DNA from: a virus
Lineage: Duplodnaviria > Caudoviricetes
Strand: one strand, 5' to 3'
Length of the DNA: 64,000 nt
IMG/VR virus record: IMGVR_UViG_3300027734_003164
Coordinates: 96,001-160,000 of that record
The first letter of the stretch is position 1; the number at the start of each line of letters is the position of its first letter. Below are positions 61,482 through 64,000 of this stretch, one piece after another. Below the pieces are notes generated by a model, which ran no database searches, was not told the origin of the DNA, and worked only from the letters and a program-made list of their open reading frames with translations. The position numbers and the translations under genes are program-made.

Positions 61482-64000
61482 TCGAAACTAAGAGCCATTA
61501 AATCCCCATCCACATCAAATTCAAAGTATTCATCAATATCCACCTTTTTTTGTTGTACGACAAACTCTTCCATTAACTTTTTGTTGTTTTCAACCCAATC
61601 AACATCCACTAAATCAACAGTACCATCTAAATACATATAGTAAGGGTCAATACCTACGTTTTTCCAAAACGTTAATTCCATGTCAGATAAAGTTAATACT
61701 TCCTCTAATGTATCTTGATGAGCCTCTTTCATTGGGTAACCGCGTACTAATTCAGTTTGAGACTTAGTAAAGATAGGTCTATCTTTTGGGTCTTCAATTA
61801 AAATGTCTTCTCTGATTTCAGGTCTATAAACAACAAGTAATGGTTCGATTCTTTTGTTAAATGCTGCCAAATATCTTGGAACATTATACTCACCCAATAA
61901 ATCAGGATTCATTTCAATATCACGTTCATCAATCATATAACAATTCAAAACCAATTCATCTTTTTTCTTTTGAACGTCTCCATGTGATTTTTTCTCACCA
62001 TTATTAACATAGAAGATAGTATCACCAAGACCTGGATTTTTACCTTCTTTAATCAAAAGTTCCATATGCGCCTGACGGGACATCATATTTCCTGCCTTTG
62101 TAGTTTTAGTAATGTGAACTTTGTAATCGTCTATTGATTGTTTTACCCGAGCTTTGTTTGCAATTTTTGCCAAAGGGATTTGTCTATTATAAAGTTTGTC
62201 CACATATTCATAGTAAAAATCTAAAAACTCACCACCCTTACCGTCTAACAACATTCTAAGCCCCTTATCCAAAAATTCAGCAACATATGTTTGAAGTTTT
62301 TTAGATTTAATACTATTTCCTGTAAGTTTTACTTTACCCTTATCTGTAAGAAGTGCATAGTTTTTACGAGCCACATTAATTGTTGATGGCCAAACACCGT
62401 CAATATCCAATCCCATTTCACCTCGTAAAAATAAATCATTGTATTCTGCAACATCCGCTTCTGCTCCAATATATTCCTTACCTTCTTTAACCAATCCGTT
62501 CAACCCCTTTCCAATATACTTATACTCTTCTCTATCTTGTGGTGTTTCGAAGTTTACACCATCCGTATCCATTACGAGAGGAACATAACCTCTTTTCATA
62601 AAGAACATAATCATTTGACGTAGGTATTGTCTACCTGTACAAGTAATCTGTTCACCCATATCAATATCACCCCACGGAAAAACTTGTGGTGCTGATAATG
62701 AACCAAAGAATGCGTTGATAAAGATTTTAATTGGTAATTGTTTTCTGTCGTAAGAAATCGCAAGTTTTGGGTCAATAGATTTATATTCACTTGATAAGTT
62801 CTTGTATTTAATACGAGTATCACGGAAATACTTTAACATACTTTTCATTGCTCCTGTTACGTCACATTTAGGGAATACGTCGTGAACCAACTGAATAGAT
62901 GGGTATAGTGAAGAGTAGTCAAGTTTCAATACGTTTTTAGAGAACCCAACCTGTACTAAACGAGAAAGACCTCCTGTAAATTTTCTTTTTTCTAATTTTC
63001 TTGGTAATGCTAAGTTATGTTTATATGACCATGCTGCCATAATCATTTTCCATAATGTTGCAGTTCCCATAGTTGAAAGTCTTTCATATGTTGTTGGTAC
63101 AAGTTTAGACAATAAGAAGTTTGCTTGATTAAACTGTTCATCAACTATCATCGTTTCATAAAGGTCATCGTCCAAGTAGTCCTCAATAATTTTTGAACCT
63201 GTAACTAATTTATAAACATCATCTCTTCTTTTACATATTTCATCTATTTTTGAATCAAATCCAACTTTCTTATATGCTCCGTTTTCTTTGTTCATCCAAT
63301 ATTCAAGATTATCAAAATAAATTTTACCAATCTTATCCCCTTCAACATAAACACGATTTGGTTTTTCTGCTTCAATAAACTTGGTAATATACTTCAAAGA
63401 CCAACTTTTAATGTCTGAGTTGATTGCTTGAGCTCTACGAACCGCATGAGCAATATCAACAATATTATATCCCCACATTTGAGTTTGAACGTATGGTTCC
63501 ATTTCGTTCGCCAACTTTAGAATACCATCTTTTTGTTTTAGTGTATAATCAGGATGTAAGGTCTTGCAGATTTTTTTGATATTAACTTTTAATATTTCAG
63601 CTCTTTTTAGAATAAATGGGAAGTCAAAGAATGCTGAGTTGTAACCCCCAATCAAAGATGGTTTTAACTCATCAATAGTCTTAAAGAAGTCGACAATCAT
63701 TTGTCGTTCTTCATCTTCATTTTGTGCAGATAATAATTTTAGAAAACCACGATTGTCTTTCATCCCAATCAAGAATATCTTACTTGTTTTAGGGTCAAGA
63801 CCTGTGGTCTCAATATCGAATACAAACCTGTGGATTTCATCGTATTCGTCAAAACCTTTGAATAGTCTTTTACTTTTTTGAATTAAGTATTGTTCTACGG
63901 GTGATAATATTTGAATTGAATCTGTGTTGTCTCTACCCCATGGGTCTAATCCTCCACCTTTAAAGAAGTTTACAAGATTGGAGTATGACTTTGTTGTTTT
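61478..64000 (-). CDS. polB: Family B DNA polymerase (5' end beyond right edge)
   Basis: Frame is open to 64000; ExoI FDIETTG lies upstream of the track start; ExoII GYNSAFFD; motif A DYSSLYPS; motif B KIFINAFFG; motif C MDTDG. Confidence 0.93.
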   Translation of the reverse strand, partial: KTTKSYSNLVNFFKGGGLDPWGRDNTDSIQILSPVEQYLIQKSKRLFKGFDEYDEIHRFVFDIETTGLDPKTSKIFLIGMKDNRGFLKLLSAQNEDEERQMIVDFFKTIDELKPSLIGGYNSAFFDFPFILKRAEILKVNIKKICKTLHPDYTLKQKDGILKLANEMEPYVQTQMWGYNIVDIAHAVRRAQAINSDIKSWSLKYITKFIEAEKPNRVYVEGDKIGKIYFDNLEYWMNKENGAYKKVGFDSKIDEICKRRDDVYKLVTGSKIIEDYLDDDLYETMIVDEQFNQANFLLSKLVPTTYERLSTMGTATLWKMIMAAWSYKHNLALPRKLEKRKFTGGLSRLVQVGFSKNVLKLDYSSLYPSIQLVHDVFPKCDVTGAMKSMLKYFRDTRIKYKNLSSEYKSIDPKLAISYDRKQLPIKIFINAFFGSLSAPQVFPWGDIDMGEQITCTGRQYLRQMIMFFMKRGYVPLVMDTDGVNFETPQDREEYKYIGKGLNGLVKEGKEYIGAEADVAEYNDLFLRGEMGLDIDGVWPSTINVARKNYALLTDKGKVKLTGNSIKSKKLQTYVAEFLDKGLRMLLDGKGGEFLDFYYEYVDKLYNRQIPLAKIANKARVKQSIDDYKVHITKTTKAGNMMSRQAHMELLIKEGKNPGLGDTIFYVNNGEKKSHGDVQKKKDELVLNCYMIDERDIEMNPDLLGEYNVPRYLAAFNKRIEPLLVVYRPEIREDILIEDPKDRPIFTKSQTELVRGYPMKEAHQDTLEEVLTLSDMELTFWKNVGIDPYYMYLDGTVDLVDVDWVENNKKLMEEFVVQQKKVDIDEYFEFDVDGDLMALSFD

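Noticed and set aside
1941-62823. Many short opposite-strand or alternative-frame ORFs in the track (e.g. 3165-3422 poly-GV, 6408-6746 poly-PLV, 33442-33672, 60742-61095)
   Set aside because: They are shadows of long, motif-bearing genes; their repeats mirror the PT, GTN and PAPDAG codons.
1-64000. Stop-codon recoding (TAG or TGA reassigned), as in some large phages
   Set aside because: All conserved genes, including late structural ones, are intact under the standard code. TAG and TGA occur at sensible gene ends, e.g. recA ends TAG TAA.
24479-64000. Inteins or group I introns in nrdA, nrdB, dnaB, recA or polB
   Set aside because: Protein lengths are typical and motifs contiguous; no Hint or homing endonuclease motifs were seen.
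1-64000. tRNA, rRNA or other structured ncRNA genes
   Set aside because: Intergenic gaps are at most about 130 nt, AT-rich and accounted for by promoters and terminators; no cloverleaf was seen.

Overview
Gene-dense, AT-rich fragment of a large T4-like contractile-tailed phage (jumbo/mega myovirus). It is not a bacterial chromosome or a stand-alone eCIS. Almost all genes lie on the minus strand. From left to right: (i) 0-9.6 kb fibre/adhesin cluster (SprB-repeat proteins, a YadA-like fibre, a Pro-Thr mucin-like protein, a Thr/Ser collagen-like fibre, three small paralogous Cys proteins) with two glycosyltransferase genes in its middle; (ii) 9.6-24.4 kb baseplate wedge region; (iii) 24.5-32.9 kb NrdAB, DnaB-like helicase, 5'-3' exonuclease, RecA, SSB; (iv) 33-57.4 kb giant hub and tube-initiator proteins, LysM/gp53-like protein, tape measure, tail chaperone pair, tube, sheath, gp15- and gp14-like proteins; (v) a plus-strand block of SNF2 helicase, SOD and gp13-like neck protein, then a family B DNA polymerase running off the right end. 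A Bacteroidota host is inferred from SprB repeats, TTG-N19-TATATTT promoters and AT-rich leaders without obvious Shine-Dalgarno sites. The best candidate for a novel system is a phage-encoded O-glycosylation cassette: a GT60-like and a GT-A enzyme flanked by Thr-rich fibre substrates. Other leads are repeated adaptor-fibre gene pairs, a candidate +1 frameshift in the tail chaperone, a recurring TATTTAT upstream motif, and an 11-unit repeat plus an OmpA-like domain in a 2180-aa tail protein. All family assignments come from motif recognition by eye; no database searches were run.
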